Positions 17,901-34,200 of a stretch of 64,000 bases of DNA are shown here, in pieces. Made by a program: the position numbers and the translations under genes. How positions within the stretch are numbered: position 1 is the first letter of the stretch; each line of letters begins with the position of its first letter. Source of the DNA: Bugula neritina (lineage: Eukaryota; Animalia; Bryozoa); assembly GCA_964035545.1 (NCBI GenBank), contig CAXIUT010000183.1:1793001-1857000 (forward strand). The letters run 5' to 3'. The notes under the pieces are model-generated. The model worked only from the letters and a program-made list of their open reading frames with translations. It was not told the DNA's origin and ran no database searches.

Positions 17901-20900
17901 TACTGCAACATACCTAAATATACGGTAATATACTGAAATATACTGTAACACATTGAAAAAACTGCAACATACTGAAATACACTGCAACACACTGAAATAC
18001 ACCGCAAAATACTACAACATACTTAAATACACTGTAACATATTGAAATCCAGTGCAACACATTGAAATATACTGCAACATACCGAAATATATGGTAAACT
18101 AATGAAATATACTGTAACACATTGAAAAATACCGCAACATACTGAAATATACTGCGACACATTGCAATATACTGTAACATACTGAAATATGCTGTAGCAC
18201 ACTGAAATACACTGCAACATCCTACAACATACTGAAATACACTGTAAAATATTGAAATACACTGCAAGAAATTGAAATAGACTGCAACACAACAAAATAT
18301 ATGGTAAACTACTGAAATATACTGTAACACATTGAAAAATACTGCAACGTACTGAAATATACTGCGACACCTAGCAATATACTGTAACATACTGAAATAT
18401 GCTCTAGCGCACTGAAATACAATGCAACTTACTGAAAAATACTGCAACATACTGAAATACACTGCAACATCCTACAATATGCTGAAATACACTGTAACAT
18501 ATTGAAATACACTGCAACACTTTGAAATATACTGCAACATACCGAAATATATGGTAAACTACTGCAACATACTACAACATATTGAAATACACTGCAACAC
18601 ATTGAAATATACTGCAACATACCTAAATATACGGTAATATACTGAAATATACTGTAACACATTGAAAAATACTGCAACATACTGAAATATACTGTAACAC
18701 ACCGAAATATACAGCAACATACTGAAATACACTGTAACATACTGAAATATACTGCAACATACTGAAACACACTGCTACATACTGAAATATACTGCAATAT
18801 ACTGCAACATACTGAAATACACTGTAACATACTGAAATAAACTGCAACATACTACAACATATTGAAATACACTGCAACACATTGAAATATACTGCAACAT
18901 ACCTAAATATACGGTAATATACTGAAATTCACTGTAACGCATTGCAAAATACTGCAACATACTGAAATTCACTGCGACACACTGAAATACGCTGCAAAAT
19001 ACTACAACATACTGAAATAAACTGTAACATATTGAAAAATACTGCAACATACTGAAATATACTGTAACACACTGAAATATACTGCAACATACTGAAATAC
19101 ACTGTAACATACTGAAATATACTGCAACATACTGAAATACACTGCTACATACTGAAATATACTGCAACATACTGCAACATACTGCAATACACTGTAACTT
19201 ACTGAAATACACTGCAACATACTACAACATATTGAAATACACTGCAACACATTGAAATACACTGCAACTTACCGAATATATGGTAAACTACTGAAATATA
19301 CTGTAACGCATTGAAAAGTACTGCAACATACTGAAATATATTGCGACACATTGCAATAAACTGTAACATACTGAAAAATGCTGTAGCACACTGAAATACA
19401 CTGCCATTCACTGAAATATACTGCAACAAACTGAAATACACCGCAACATCATACAACATACTGAAATACACTGTAACATAACGAAACATATGGTAAACTA
19501 CTGAAATATATTTTAACACATTGAAAAATACTGCAACATACTGAAATGTATTTTAACACATTGAAAAATACTGCAACATACTGAAATATACTGTAACACA
19601 CTGAAGTACACTGCAACTCACTGAAATATACTGCAACATACTGCAACATACTGCAATACACTGTAACATACTGAAATACACTGCAACATACTACAACATA
19701 TTGAAATACACTGCAACACATTGAAATACACTGCAACTTACCGAATATATGGTAAACTACTGAAATATACTGTAACGCATTGAAAAGTACTGCAACATAC
19801 TGAAATATATTGCCACACATTGCAATAAACTGTAACATACTGAAAAATGCTGTAGCACACTGAAATACACTGCCATTCACTGAAATATACTGCAACAAAC
19901 TGAAATACACCGCAACATCATACAACATACTGAAATACACTGTAACATAACGAAACATATGGTAAACTACTGAAATATATTTTAACACATTGAAAAATAC
20001 TGCAACATACTGAAATGTATTTTAACACATTGAAAAACACTGCAACATACTGAAATATACTGTAACACACTGAAGTACACTGCAACTCACTGAAATATAC
20101 TGCAATATACTGAAATACACTGCAACATCCTACAAAATGCTGAAATACACTGTAACATATTGAAATACACTGCAACACATTGAAATATACTGCAACATAC
20201 CGAAATATATGGTAAACTACTGAAATGTACTGTAACACATTGAAAAAAACTGCAACATACTGAAATATACTGCGACACCTAGCAATATACTGCAACATAC
20301 TGAAATACACTGTAACATCCTACAATATGCTGAAATACACTGTAACATATTGAAATACACTGCAACACATTGAAATATACTGCAACATACCTAAATATAC
20401 GGTAATATACTGAAATATACTGTAACACATTGAAAAATACTGCAACATACTGAAATATACTGTAACACACCGAAATATACAGCAACATACTGAAATACAC
20501 TGTAACATACTGAAATATACTGCAACATACTGAAACACACTGCTACATACTGAAATATACTGCAATATACTGCAACATACTGAAATACACTGTAACATAC
20601 TGAAATAAACTGCAACATACTACAACATATTGAAATACACTGCAACACATTGAAATATACTGCAACATACCTAAATATACGGTAATATACTGAAATTCAC
20701 TGTAACGCATTGCAAAATACTGCAACATACTGAAATTCACTGCGACACACTGAAATACGCTGCAAAATACTACAACATACTGAAATAAACTGTAACATAT
20801 TGAAATACACTGCAACACATTGAAAAATACTGCAACATACTGAAATATACTGTAACACACTGAAATATACTGCAACATACTGAAATACACTGTAACATAC

Positions 20901-23900
20901 TGAAATATACTGCAACATACTGAAATACACTGCTACATACTGAAATATACTGCAACATACTGCAACATACTGCAATACACTGTAACATACTGAAATACAC
21001 TGCAACATACTACAACATATTGAAATACACTGCAACACATTGAAATACACTGCAACTTACCGAATATATGGTAAACTACTGAAATATACTGTAACGCATT
21101 GAAAAGTACTGCAACATACTGAAATATATTGCGACACATTGCAATAAACTGTAACATACTGCAACATACTGAAATACACTGCTACATACTGAAATATACT
21201 GCAACATACTGCAACATACTGCAACATACTGAAATACGCTGTAACATACTGAAATACACTGCAACATACTACAACATATTGAAATACACTGCAACACATT
21301 GAAATGTACTGCAACATACCGAAATATACGGTAATATACTGAAATACACAGTAACACATTGAAAAATACTGCAACATACCGAAAAACACTGCAACACACT
21401 GAAACACACCGCAAAAAACTACAACATACTGAAATACACTGTAACATATTGAAGTACACTGCAACACATTTAAATATACTGCAACATACCAAAATATATG
21501 GTAAACAACTGAAATATACTTTAACACATTGAAAAATACTGCAACATACTGAAATATACTGCGACACATTGCAATATACTGTAACATAACGAAATATGCT
21601 CTAGCACACTGAAATACACTGCAACTCACTGAAATATACTGCAACATACTGAAATACACTGTGACATACTGAAATATACTGCAACATACTGAAATACACT
21701 GCTACATACCGAAATATACTGCAACATACTGCAACATACTGAAATACACTGCAGCATACTACAACATACTGAAATACACTGCAACACATTGAAATATACT
21801 GCAACATACCAAATATACGGTAATATACCGAAATATACTGTAACGCATTGCAAAATACTGCAACAAACTGAAATACACTGCGACACACTGAAATACGCTG
21901 CAAAATACTACAACACACTGAAATAAACTGTAACATATTGAAATACACTGCAACACATTGAAAAATACTGCAACATACTGAAATATACTGTAACACACTG
22001 AAATATAGTGCAACATACTGAAATACACTGTAACATACTGAAATATACTGCAACATACTGAAATACACTGCTACATACTGAAATATACTGCAACATACTG
22101 CAACATACTGCAATACACTGTAACATACTGAAATACACTGAAACATACTACAACATATTGAAATACACTGCAAAACATTGAAATACACTGCAACTTACCG
22201 AATATATGGTAAACTACTGAAATATACTGTAACGCATTGAAAAGTACTGCAACATACTGAAATATATTGCGACACATTGCAATAAACTGTAACATACTGA
22301 AAAATGCTGTAGCACACTGAAATACACTGCCATTCACTGAAATATACTGCAACATACTGAAATACACCGCAACATCCTACAACATACTGAAATACACTGT
22401 AACATATTGAAATACACTGCAACACATTGAAATATACTGCAACATAACGAAATATATGGTAAACTACTGAAATATTTTTTAACACATTGAAAAATACTGC
22501 AACATACTGAAATATATTTTAACACATTGAAAAATACTGCAACATACTGAAATATACCGTAACACACTGAAGTACACTGCAACTCACTGAAATATACTGT
22601 AATATACTGAAATACACTGCAACATCCTACAAAATGCTGAAATACACTGTAACATATTGAAATACACTGCAACACATTGAAATATACTGCAACATACCGA
22701 AATATATGATAAACTACTGAAATATACTGTGACACATTGAAAAAAGCTGCAACATACTGAAATATACTGCGACACCTAGCAATATACTGTAACATACTGA
22801 AATATGCTCTAGCACACTGAAATACAATGCAACTCACTGAAATATACTGCAACATACTGAAATACACAGCAACATCCTACAACATGCTGAAGTACACTGT
22901 AACATATTGAAATACACTGCAACACTTTGAAATATACTGCAACATACCGAAATATATGGTAAACTACTGCAACACACTACAACATATTGAAATACATTGC
23001 AACACATTGAAATATACTGCAACATACCTAAATATACGGTAATATACTGAAATATACTGTAACACACCGAAATATACTGCAACATACTGAAATACACTGT
23101 AACATACTGAAATATACTGCAACATACTGAAATACACTGCTACATACTGAAATATACTGCAACATACTGCAACATACTGAAATACACTGTAACATACTGA
23201 AATAAACTGCAACATACTACAACATATTGAAATACACTGCAACACATTGAAATATACTGCAACATACCTAAATATACGGTAATATACTGAAATATACTGT
23301 AACACATTGAAAAAACTGCAACATACTGAAATACACTGCAACACACTGAAATACACCGCAAAATACTACAACATACTTAAATACACTGTAACATATTGAA
23401 ATCCAGTGCAACACATTGAAATATACTGCAACATACCAAAATATATGGTAAACTAATGAAATATACTGTAACACATTGAAAAATACCGCAACATACTGAA
23501 ATATACTGCGACACATTGCAATATACTGTAACATACTGAAATATGCTGTAGCACACTGAAATACACTGCAACATCCTACAACATACTGAAATACACTGTA
23601 AAATATTGAAATACACTGCAAGAAATTGAAATAGACTGCAACACAACAAAATATATGGTAAACTACTGAAATATACTGTAACACATTGAAAAATACTGCA
23701 ACGTACTGAAATATACTGCGACACCTAGCAATATACTGTAACATACTGAAATATGCTCTAGCGCACTGAAATACAATGCAACTTACTGAAAAATACTGCA
23801 ACATACTGAAATACACTGCAACATCCTACAATATGCTGAAATACACTGTAACATATTGAAATACACTGCAACACTTTGAAATATACTGCAACATACCGAA

Positions 23901-25672
23901 ATATATGGTAAACTACTGCAACATACTACAACATATTGAAATACACTGCAACACATTGAAATATACTGCAACATACCTAAATATACGGTAATATACTGAA
24001 ATATACTGTAACACATTGAAAAATACTGCAACATACTGAAATATACTGTAACACACCGAAATATACAGCAACATACTGAAATACACTGTAACATACTGAA
24101 ATATACTGCAACATACTGAAACACACTGCTACATACTGAAATATACTGCAATATACTGCAACATACTGAAATACACTGTAACATACTGAAATAAACTGCA
24201 ACATACTACAACATATTGAAATACACTGCAACACATTGAAATATACTGCAACATACCTAAATATACGGTAATATACTGAAATTCACTGTAACGCATTGCA
24301 AAATACTGCAACATACTGAAATTCACTGCGACACACTGAAATACGCTGCAAAATACTACAACATACTGAAATAAACTGTAACATATTGAAAAATACTGCA
24401 ACATACTGAAATATACTGTAACACACTGAAATATACTGCAACATACTGAAATACACTGTAACATACTGAAATATACTGCAACATACTGAAATACACTGCT
24501 ACATACTGAAATATACTGCAACATACTGCAACATACTGCAATACACTGTAACTTACTGAAATACACTGCAACATACTACAACATATTGAAATACACTGCA
24601 ACACATTGAAATACACTGCAACTTACCGAATATATGGTAAACTACTGAAATATACTGTAACGCATTGAAAAGTACTGCAACATACTGAAATATATTGCGA
24701 CACATTGCAATAAACTGTAACATACTGAAAAATGCTGTAGCACACTGAAATACACTGCCATTCACTGAAATATACTGCAACAAACTGAAATACACCGCAA
24801 CATCATACAACATACTGAAATACACTGTAACATAACGAAACATATGGTAAACTACTGAAATATATTTTAACACATTGAAAAATACTGCAACATACTGAAA
24901 TGTATTTTAACACATTGAAAAATACTGCAACATACTGAAATATACTGTAACACACTGAAGTACACTGCAACTCACTGAAATATACTGCAACATACTGCAA
25001 CATACTGCAATACACTGTAACATACTGAAATACACTGCAACATACTACAACATATTGAAATACACTGCAACACATTGAAATACACTGCAACTTACCGAAT
25101 ATATGGTAAACTACTGAAATATACTGTAACGCATTGAAAAGTACTGCAACATACTGAAATATATTGCCACACATTGCAATAAACTGTAACATACTGAAAA
25201 ATGCTGTAGCACACTGAAATACACTGCCATTCACTGAAATATACTGCAACAAACTGAAATACACCGCAACATCATACAACATACTGAAATACACTGTAAC
25301 ATAACGAAACATATGGTAAACTACTGAAATATATTTTAACACATTGAAAAATACTGCAACATACTGAAATGTATTTTAACACATTGAAAAACACTGCAAC
25401 ATACTGAAATATACTGTAACACACTGAAGTACACTGCAACTCACTGAAATATACTGCAATATACTGAAATACACTGCAACATCCTACAAAATGCTGAAAT
25501 ACACTGTAACATATTGAAATACACTGCAACACATTGAAATATACTGCAACATACCGAAATATATGGTAAACTACTGAAATATACTGTAACACATTGAAAA
25601 AAACTGCAACATACTGAAATATACTGCGACACCTAGCAATATACTGCAACATACTGAAATACACTGTAACAT
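14931..25672 (+). repeat. Two tandem near-identical 5357/5354-bp HOR units (14931-20287, 20288-~25641)
   Basis: ORF-track offsets are 5357 (14963/20320, 15700/21057, 16244/21601) and 5354 (17610/22964, 18775/24129, 19918/25272). The change comes from a 3-bp TAT insertion at ~17600 in the first copy. Each unit holds an internal 469-bp tandem duplication (19519/19988; 24873/25342). Confidence 0.95.
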
Positions 25673-28600
25673 ACTGAAATATACTGCAACATACTGAAAT
25701 ACACTGCTACATACTGAAATATACTGCAACATACTGCAACATACTGAAATACACTGTAACATACTGAAATAAACTGCAACATACTACAACATATTGAAAC
25801 ACACTGCAACACATTGAAATATACTGCAACATACCTAAATATTTGGTAATATACTGAAATATACTGTAACACATTGAAAAATACCGCAACATACTGAAAT
25901 ATACTGCGACACATTGCAATATACTGTAACATACTGAAATATGCTGTAGCACACTGAAATACACTGCAACACCCTACAACATACTGAAATACACTGTAAC
26001 ATATTGAAATACACCGCAAGAAATTGAAATAGACTGCAACACAACAAAATAAATGGTAAACTACTGAAATAGACTTTAACACATTGAAAAATACTGCAAC
26101 ATACAGAAATATACTGTAACACACTGAAATATACTGCAACATACTGAAATACACTGTAACATACTGAAATATACTGCAACATACTGAAATACACTGCTAC
26201 ATACTGAAATATACTGCTACATACTGCAACATACTGCAACATACTGAAATACGCTGTAACATACTGAAATACACTGCAACATACTACAACATATTGAAAT
26301 ACACTGCAACACATTGAAATGTACTGCAACATACCGAAATATACGGTAATATACTGAAATACACAGTAACACATTGAAAAATACTGCAACATACCGAAAA
26401 ACACTGCAACACACTGAAACACACCGCAAAAAACTACAACATACTGAAATACACTGTAACATATTGAAGTACACTGCAACACATTTAAATATACTGCAAC
26501 ATACCAAAATATATGGTAAACAACTGAAATATACTTTAACACATTGAAAAATACTGCAACATACTGAAATATACTGCGACACATTGCAATATACTGTAAC
26601 ATAACGAAATATGCTCTAGCACACTGAAATACACTGCAACTCACTGAAATATACTGCAACATACTGAAATACACTGTGACATACTGAAATATACTGCAAC
26701 ATACTGAAATACACTGCTACATACCGAAATATACTGCAACATACTGCAACATACTGAAATACACTGCAGCATACTACAACATACTGAAATACACTGCAAC
26801 ACATTGAAATATACTGCAACATACCAAATATACGGTAATATACCGAAATATACTGTAACGCATTGCAAAATACTGCAACAAACTGAAATACACTGCGACA
26901 CACTGAAATACGCTGCAAAATACTACAACACACTGAAATAAACTGTAACATATTGAAATACACTGCAACACATTGAAAAATACTGCAACATACTGAAATA
27001 TACTGTAACACACTGAAATATACTGCAACATACTGAAATACACTGTAACATACTGAAATATACTGCAACATACTGAAATACACTGCTACATACTGAAATA
27101 TACTGCAACATACTGCAACATACTGCAATACACTGTAACATACTGAAATACACTGAAACATACTACAACATATTGAAATACACTGCAAAACATTGAAATA
27201 CACTGCAACTTACCGAATATATGGTAAACTACTGAAATATACTGTAACGCATTGAAAAGTACTGCAACATACTGAAATATATTGCGACACATTGCAATAA
27301 ACTGTAACATACTGAAAAATGCTGTAGCACACTGAAATACACTGCCATTCACTGAAATATACTGCAACATACTGAAATACACCGCAACATCCTACAACAT
27401 ACTGAAATACACTGTAACATATTGAAATACACTGCAACACATTGAAATATACTGCAACATAACGAAATATATGGTAAACTACTGAAATATTTTTAAACAC
27501 ATTGAAAAATACTGCAACATACTGAAATATATTTTAACACATTGAAAAATACTGCAACATACTGAAATATACCGTAACACACTGAAGTACACTGCAACTC
27601 ACTGAAATATACTGCAATATACTGAAATACACTGCAACATCCTACAAAATGCTGAAATACACTGTAACATATTGAAATACACTGCAACACATTGAAATAT
27701 ACTGCAACATACCGAAATATATGGTAAACTACTGCAACACACTACAACATATTGAAATACACTGCAACACATTGAAATATACTGCAACATACCTAAATAT
27801 ACGGTAATATACTGAAATATACTGTAACACACCGAAATATACTGCAACATACTGAAATACACTGTAACATACTGAAATATACTGCAACATACTGAAATAC
27901 ACTGCTACATACTGAAATATACTGCAACATACTGCAACATACTGAAATACACTGTAACATACTGAAATAAACTGCAACATACTGCAACATATTGAAATAC
28001 ACTGCAACACATTGAAATATACTGCAACATACCTAAATATACGGTAATATACTGAAATATACTGTAACACATTGAAAAAACTGCAACATACTGAAATACA
28101 CTGCAACACACTGAAATACACCGCAAAATACTACAACATACTTAAATACACTGTAACATATTGAAATCCAGTGCAACACATTGAAATATACTGCAACATA
28201 CCGAAATATATGGTAAACTAATGAAATATACTGTAACACATTGAAAAATACCGCAACATACTGAAATATACTGCGACACATTGCAATATACTGTAACATA
28301 CTGAAATATGCTGTAGCACACTGAAATACACTGCAACATCCTACAACATACTGAAATACACTGTAAAATATTGAAATACACTGCAAGAAATTGAAATAGA
28401 CTGCAACACAACAAAATATATGGTAAACTACTGAAATAGACTTTAACACATTGAAAAATACTGCAACATACAGAAATATACTGTAACACACTGAAATATA
28501 CTACAACATACTGAAATACACTGTAACATACTGAAATATACTGCAACATACTGAAATACACTGTTACATACTGAAATATACTGCAACATACTGCAACATA

Positions 28601-31260
28601 CTGAAATACGCTGTAACATACTGAAATACACTGCAACATACTACAACATATTGAAATACACTGCAACACATTGAAATGTACTGCAACATACCGAAATATA
28701 CGGTAATATACTAAAATATACAGTAACACATTGAAAAATACTGCAACATACTGAAATACACTGCAACACACTGAAACACACCGCAAAAAACTACAACATA
28801 CTGAAATACACTGTAACATATTGAAGTACACTGCAACACATTTAAATATACTGCATCATACCAAAATATATGGTAAACAACTGAAATATACTGTAACGCA
28901 ATGAAACATACCGCAACATACTGAAATACACTGCAACACCCTGAAGTATACTGTAATATACAAAAATGTACTGTAAAATACTGAAACATACGACTACATA
29001 CTGAATTACACTGCAACATACTGAAAGAAACTTAGAAATAATGAAACATACTTAGTTACACTGTAGGATATTGAAATACACTGCAACACTTTGAAATATA
29101 CTTCAACAAACCAAAATATATGGTAACCTACTGAAATATTTTGCAAACTACTGATATATACTGCAACATACTGCCACTTAATGAAATATACTGTAACACA
29201 CTGAAATAAACTGCAAAATACTGAAGTATACTGTAGAATACTGAAACATACCACAACATACTGAGATATACTGCAACATACTGCAACATACTGAAATACA
29301 CTGAAACACATTGAAAGATACTGGAATACACTAAAAAATACTGCAATTTACAGAAATAAACTGCGACACTTTGAACTATACTGCAGCATACTTAAATATA
29401 ATGCGAGATTCTTCAACGTACTGAAATACACTGTGACATACTTAAATACGCTGTAACATACTGAAATATACTGCAACACACTAAAAAATACTGCAATTTA
29501 CAAAAATAAACTGCGACACTTCGAACTATACTGCAACATACTTAAATATAATGCAAGATTCTTCAACATACCGAAATACACTGTGACATACTGAAATACA
29601 CTGCAGCACATTGAAATGTACTGCCACACACTGAAACATACGGCAACATACTGAAATATACTGCGACACAGTGAAATATACTGCAATATACTGAAATATG
29701 CTGTAGCATACTGAAATACACTGCAACACACTGAAGCGTACTGCTTTATACAGAATTACACTGTGACATACTGAAATACACTCCTACATACTACAACATG
29801 CTGAAATACACTGTAACATATTGAATTACACTGCAACACATTGGAATATTCTGCGACATTCCGAAATATATGGTAAACTACTGAAATATACTGTAACGCA
29901 ATGAAACATACCGCAACATACTGAAATACACTGCAACACCCTGAAGTATACTGTAATATACAAAAATGTACTGTAAAACACTGAAATATACGACTACATA
30001 CTGAATTACACTGCAACATACTGAAAGATACTTAGAAATATTGAAACATACTTAGTTACACTGTAGGATATTGAAATACACTGCAACACTTTGAAATATA
30101 CTTCAACAAACCAAAATATATGGTAACCTACTGAAATATGTTGCAAACTACTGATATATACTGCAACATACTGCCACTTAATGAAATATACTGTAACACC
30201 TTGAAATAAACTGCAAAATATTGAAATATACTGTAGGATACTGAAACATACCACAACATACTGAAATATACTGCATTATACTGCAACATACTGAAATACA
30301 CTGAAACACATTGAAATACACTGCAACATACTGAAATAAACTGTAACATACTGAAATATACTGCAACATACTTTAACATACTGAAATACACTGTAACATA
30401 CTGAAATACACTGAAACATACTGAAATACACTGTAACATACTACAACATACTGAAATACACTGTAACATATTGTAATACACTGCAACACATTGAATTATA
30501 CTGCAACATACCGAAATATATGGTAAACTACTGAAATATACTGCAACATACTGCCACTTGATGAAATATACTGTAACACACTGAAATAAACTGCAAAATA
30601 CTGAAATATACTGTAGGATACTGAAATATACTGCAACATACTAAATTACACTGCAGTATACTAAAATATACGTTAACATACTGAAATATACTTAAAAACA
30701 CTGAAACATAGTGAAATACACTGTAGGATATTGAAAATACACTGCACCACATTGGAATATTCTGCAACATTCCGAAATATATGGTAAACTACTGAAATAT
30801 ACTGTAACACAATGAAACATACCGCAACATACTGAAATACACTGCAACACCCTGAAGTATACTGTAATATACAAAAATGTACTGTAAAATACTGAAACAT
30901 ACGACAACATACTGAATTACACTGCAACATACTGAAAGATACCTAAAAATATTAAAACATACTGAATTACACTGTAGGATATTGAAATACACTGCAACAC
31001 ATTGGAATATACTTCAACATATCAAAATATTTGGTAACCTACTGAAATATGTTGCAAACTACTGATATATAGTGCAACATACTGCCACCTAATGAAATAT
31101 ACTGTAACACACTGAAATAAACTGCAAAATACTGAAATATACTGCAAGATACTGCTACATACTGAAATACACTTTAACATACTGAAATACACTGCAACAT
31201 AGTGCAACATACTGAATTACACTGGAACATACTGAAATACACTGCGACATACTGAAATAC

Positions 31261-34200
31261 ACTGCAACATATTGCAACATACTGCAACATACCTAAATAT
31301 GCTGTAATATACTGAAATATACTCAAAGACACTGAAACATTTGGCAACATACTGAAATTTACTGCGACACATTGAAATATACTGCAACATACAGAAATAT
31401 GCTGTAGCATACTGAAATACACTGCAACACACTAAAGTATACTGCAAGATACAGAAATGCACTGTAACATACTGAAACATACGTCAACATGCTGAAATAT
31501 ACTGTAACATGCTCAGATATACTGCAGCATACTGAAGTACACTGTAACATCCTGAAATACACTGCAACATACTGCAACATACTGAAATACATTGAAACAC
31601 ATTGAAATATACTGCAACGCACTAAAAAATACGGCAATTTACAGAAATAAACTGCGACACTTTGAACTATACTGCAACATACTTAAATATAATGCAAGAT
31701 TCTTCAACATGCTGAAATACACTGTGACATACCGAAATACACTGCAGCACATTTAAATATACTGCCACACACTGAAACATACGACAACATACTGAAATAT
31801 ACTGCGACACAGTGAAATATACTGCATTATCCAGAAATACACTGTGACATACTGAAATACACTCCTACATACTACAACATGCTGAAATACACTGTAACAT
31901 ATTGAATTACACTGCAACACATTGGAATATACTGCAACATTCTGAAATATATGGTAAACTACTGAAATATACTGTAACACAATGAAACATACCGCAACAT
32001 ACTGAAATACACTACAACACACTGAAGTATACTGCAATATACAGAAATGTACTTTAAAATACTGAAACGTACGACAACATACTGAATTACACTGCAACAT
32101 ACTGGAATATACCTTAAAATATTGAAACATACTGAACTACACTGTAGGATATCGAGATACACTGCAACACATTGGAGTAGACTGCAACTTACCGAAATAT
32201 ATGGTAACCCACTGAAATATTATGTTGCAAACTACTGAAATATACTGCAACATACTGCAACTTAATGAAATATACTGTAACACACTGAAATAAACTGCAA
32301 AATACTGAAATATACTGTAAGATAATGAAACACACTGCAACATACTGAAATATACTTCAGCTTACTGAAATATACTGTAAGATACTGCAGCATACTGAAA
32401 TACACTCTAACATACTGAAATACACTGCAACATACTGCAACATACCTAAATATGCTGTAATATACTGAAATATACTGCAACACACTGAAACATACGGCAA
32501 CATACTGAAATATACTGCGACACATTGAAATATACTGCAACATACTGAAATATGCTGTAGCATACTGAAATACTATGCAACACACTGAAGTATACTGCAA
32601 GATACAGAAATGTACTGTAACATACTGAAAATTGCGTCAACATACTGAAATGTACTGCAACATGCTGAGATATACTGCAACATACATAAATACACTGTAA
32701 CATACTGAATTACACTGCAACGTTCTGAAATATACTTCAACATACTGAAATATACTTAAGAAGAATGAAACATACTGAAATATACTGCGACACATTGAAA
32801 TATACTGCAATATACTGGAATATACTGCAAGATACTGCAACATATTGAAATATGCTATGCCATACTGAAGTATACTGTAATATACTGATATGTACTGTAA
32901 AATACTGAAACATTCGACAACATACTGAAAAACACTGCAACATACTGAAATATACTTCAACAAACTGAAATATACTTCAACATACTGAAATATACCTAAA
33001 AATACTGAAACATACTGAAATACACTGTAGGATATTGAAATACACTGCAACACATTGGAATATACTGCAACATATTGCAACATACTGCAACATACCTAAA
33101 TATGCTGTAATATACTGAAATATACTCAAAGACACTGAAACATTTGGCAACATACTGAAATTTACTGCGACACATTGAAATATACTGCAACATACAGAAA
33201 TATGCTGTAGCATACTGAAATACACTGCAACACACTAAAGTATACTGCAAGATACAGAAATGCACTGTAACATACTGAAACATACGTCAACATGCTGAAA
33301 TATACTGTAACATGCTCAGATATACTGCAGCATACTGAAGTACACTGTAACATCCTGAAATACACTGCAACATACTGCAACATACTGAAATACATTGAAA
33401 CACATTGAAATATACTGCAACGCACTAAAAAATACGGCAATTTACAGAAATAAACTGCGACACTTTGAACTATACTGCAACATACTTAAATATAATGCAA
33501 GATTCTTCAACATGCTGAAATACACTGTGACATACTGAAATACACTGCAGCACATTTAAATATACTGCCACACACTGAAACATACGACAACATACTGAAA
33601 TATACTGCGACACAGTGAAATATACTGCATTATCCAGAAATACACTGTGACATACTGAAATACACTCCTACATACTACAACATGCTGAAATACACTGTAA
33701 CATATTGAATTACACTGCAACACATTGGAATATACTGCAACATTCTGAAATATATGGTAAACTACTGAAATATACTGTAACACAATGAAACATACCGCAA
33801 CATACTGAAATACAGTACAACACACTGAAGTATACTGCAATATACAGAAATGTACTTTAAAATACTGAAACGTACGACAACATACTGAATTACACTGCAA
33901 CATACTGGAATATACCTTAAAATATTGAAACATACTGAACTACACTGTAGGATATCGAGATACACTGCAACACATTGGAGTAGACTGCAACTTACCGAAA
34001 TATATGGTAACCCACTGAAATATTATGTTGCAAACTACTGAAATATACTGCAACATACTGCAACTTAATGAAATATACTGTAACACACTGAAATAAACTG
34101 CAAAATACTGAAATATACTGTAAGATAATGAAACATACTGCAACATACTGAAATATACTTCAGCTTACTGAAATATACTGTAAGATACTGCAGCATACTG

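Larger units (their letters stand above)
1..28890 (+). repeat. Satellite 1, homogeneous higher-order-repeat (HOR) layer; 10-bp monomer YAYAYTGHAA, 20-bp dimer CATACTGAAA-TATACTGCAA
   Basis: Uninterrupted 10-bp words (CATACTGAAA, TATACTGCAA, TACACTGTAA, CACATTGAAA) with nearly invariant TG at positions 6-7 and AA at 9-10. Plus strand is strongly G-poor. No non-satellite sequence. The array continues beyond the window start. Confidence 0.98.
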
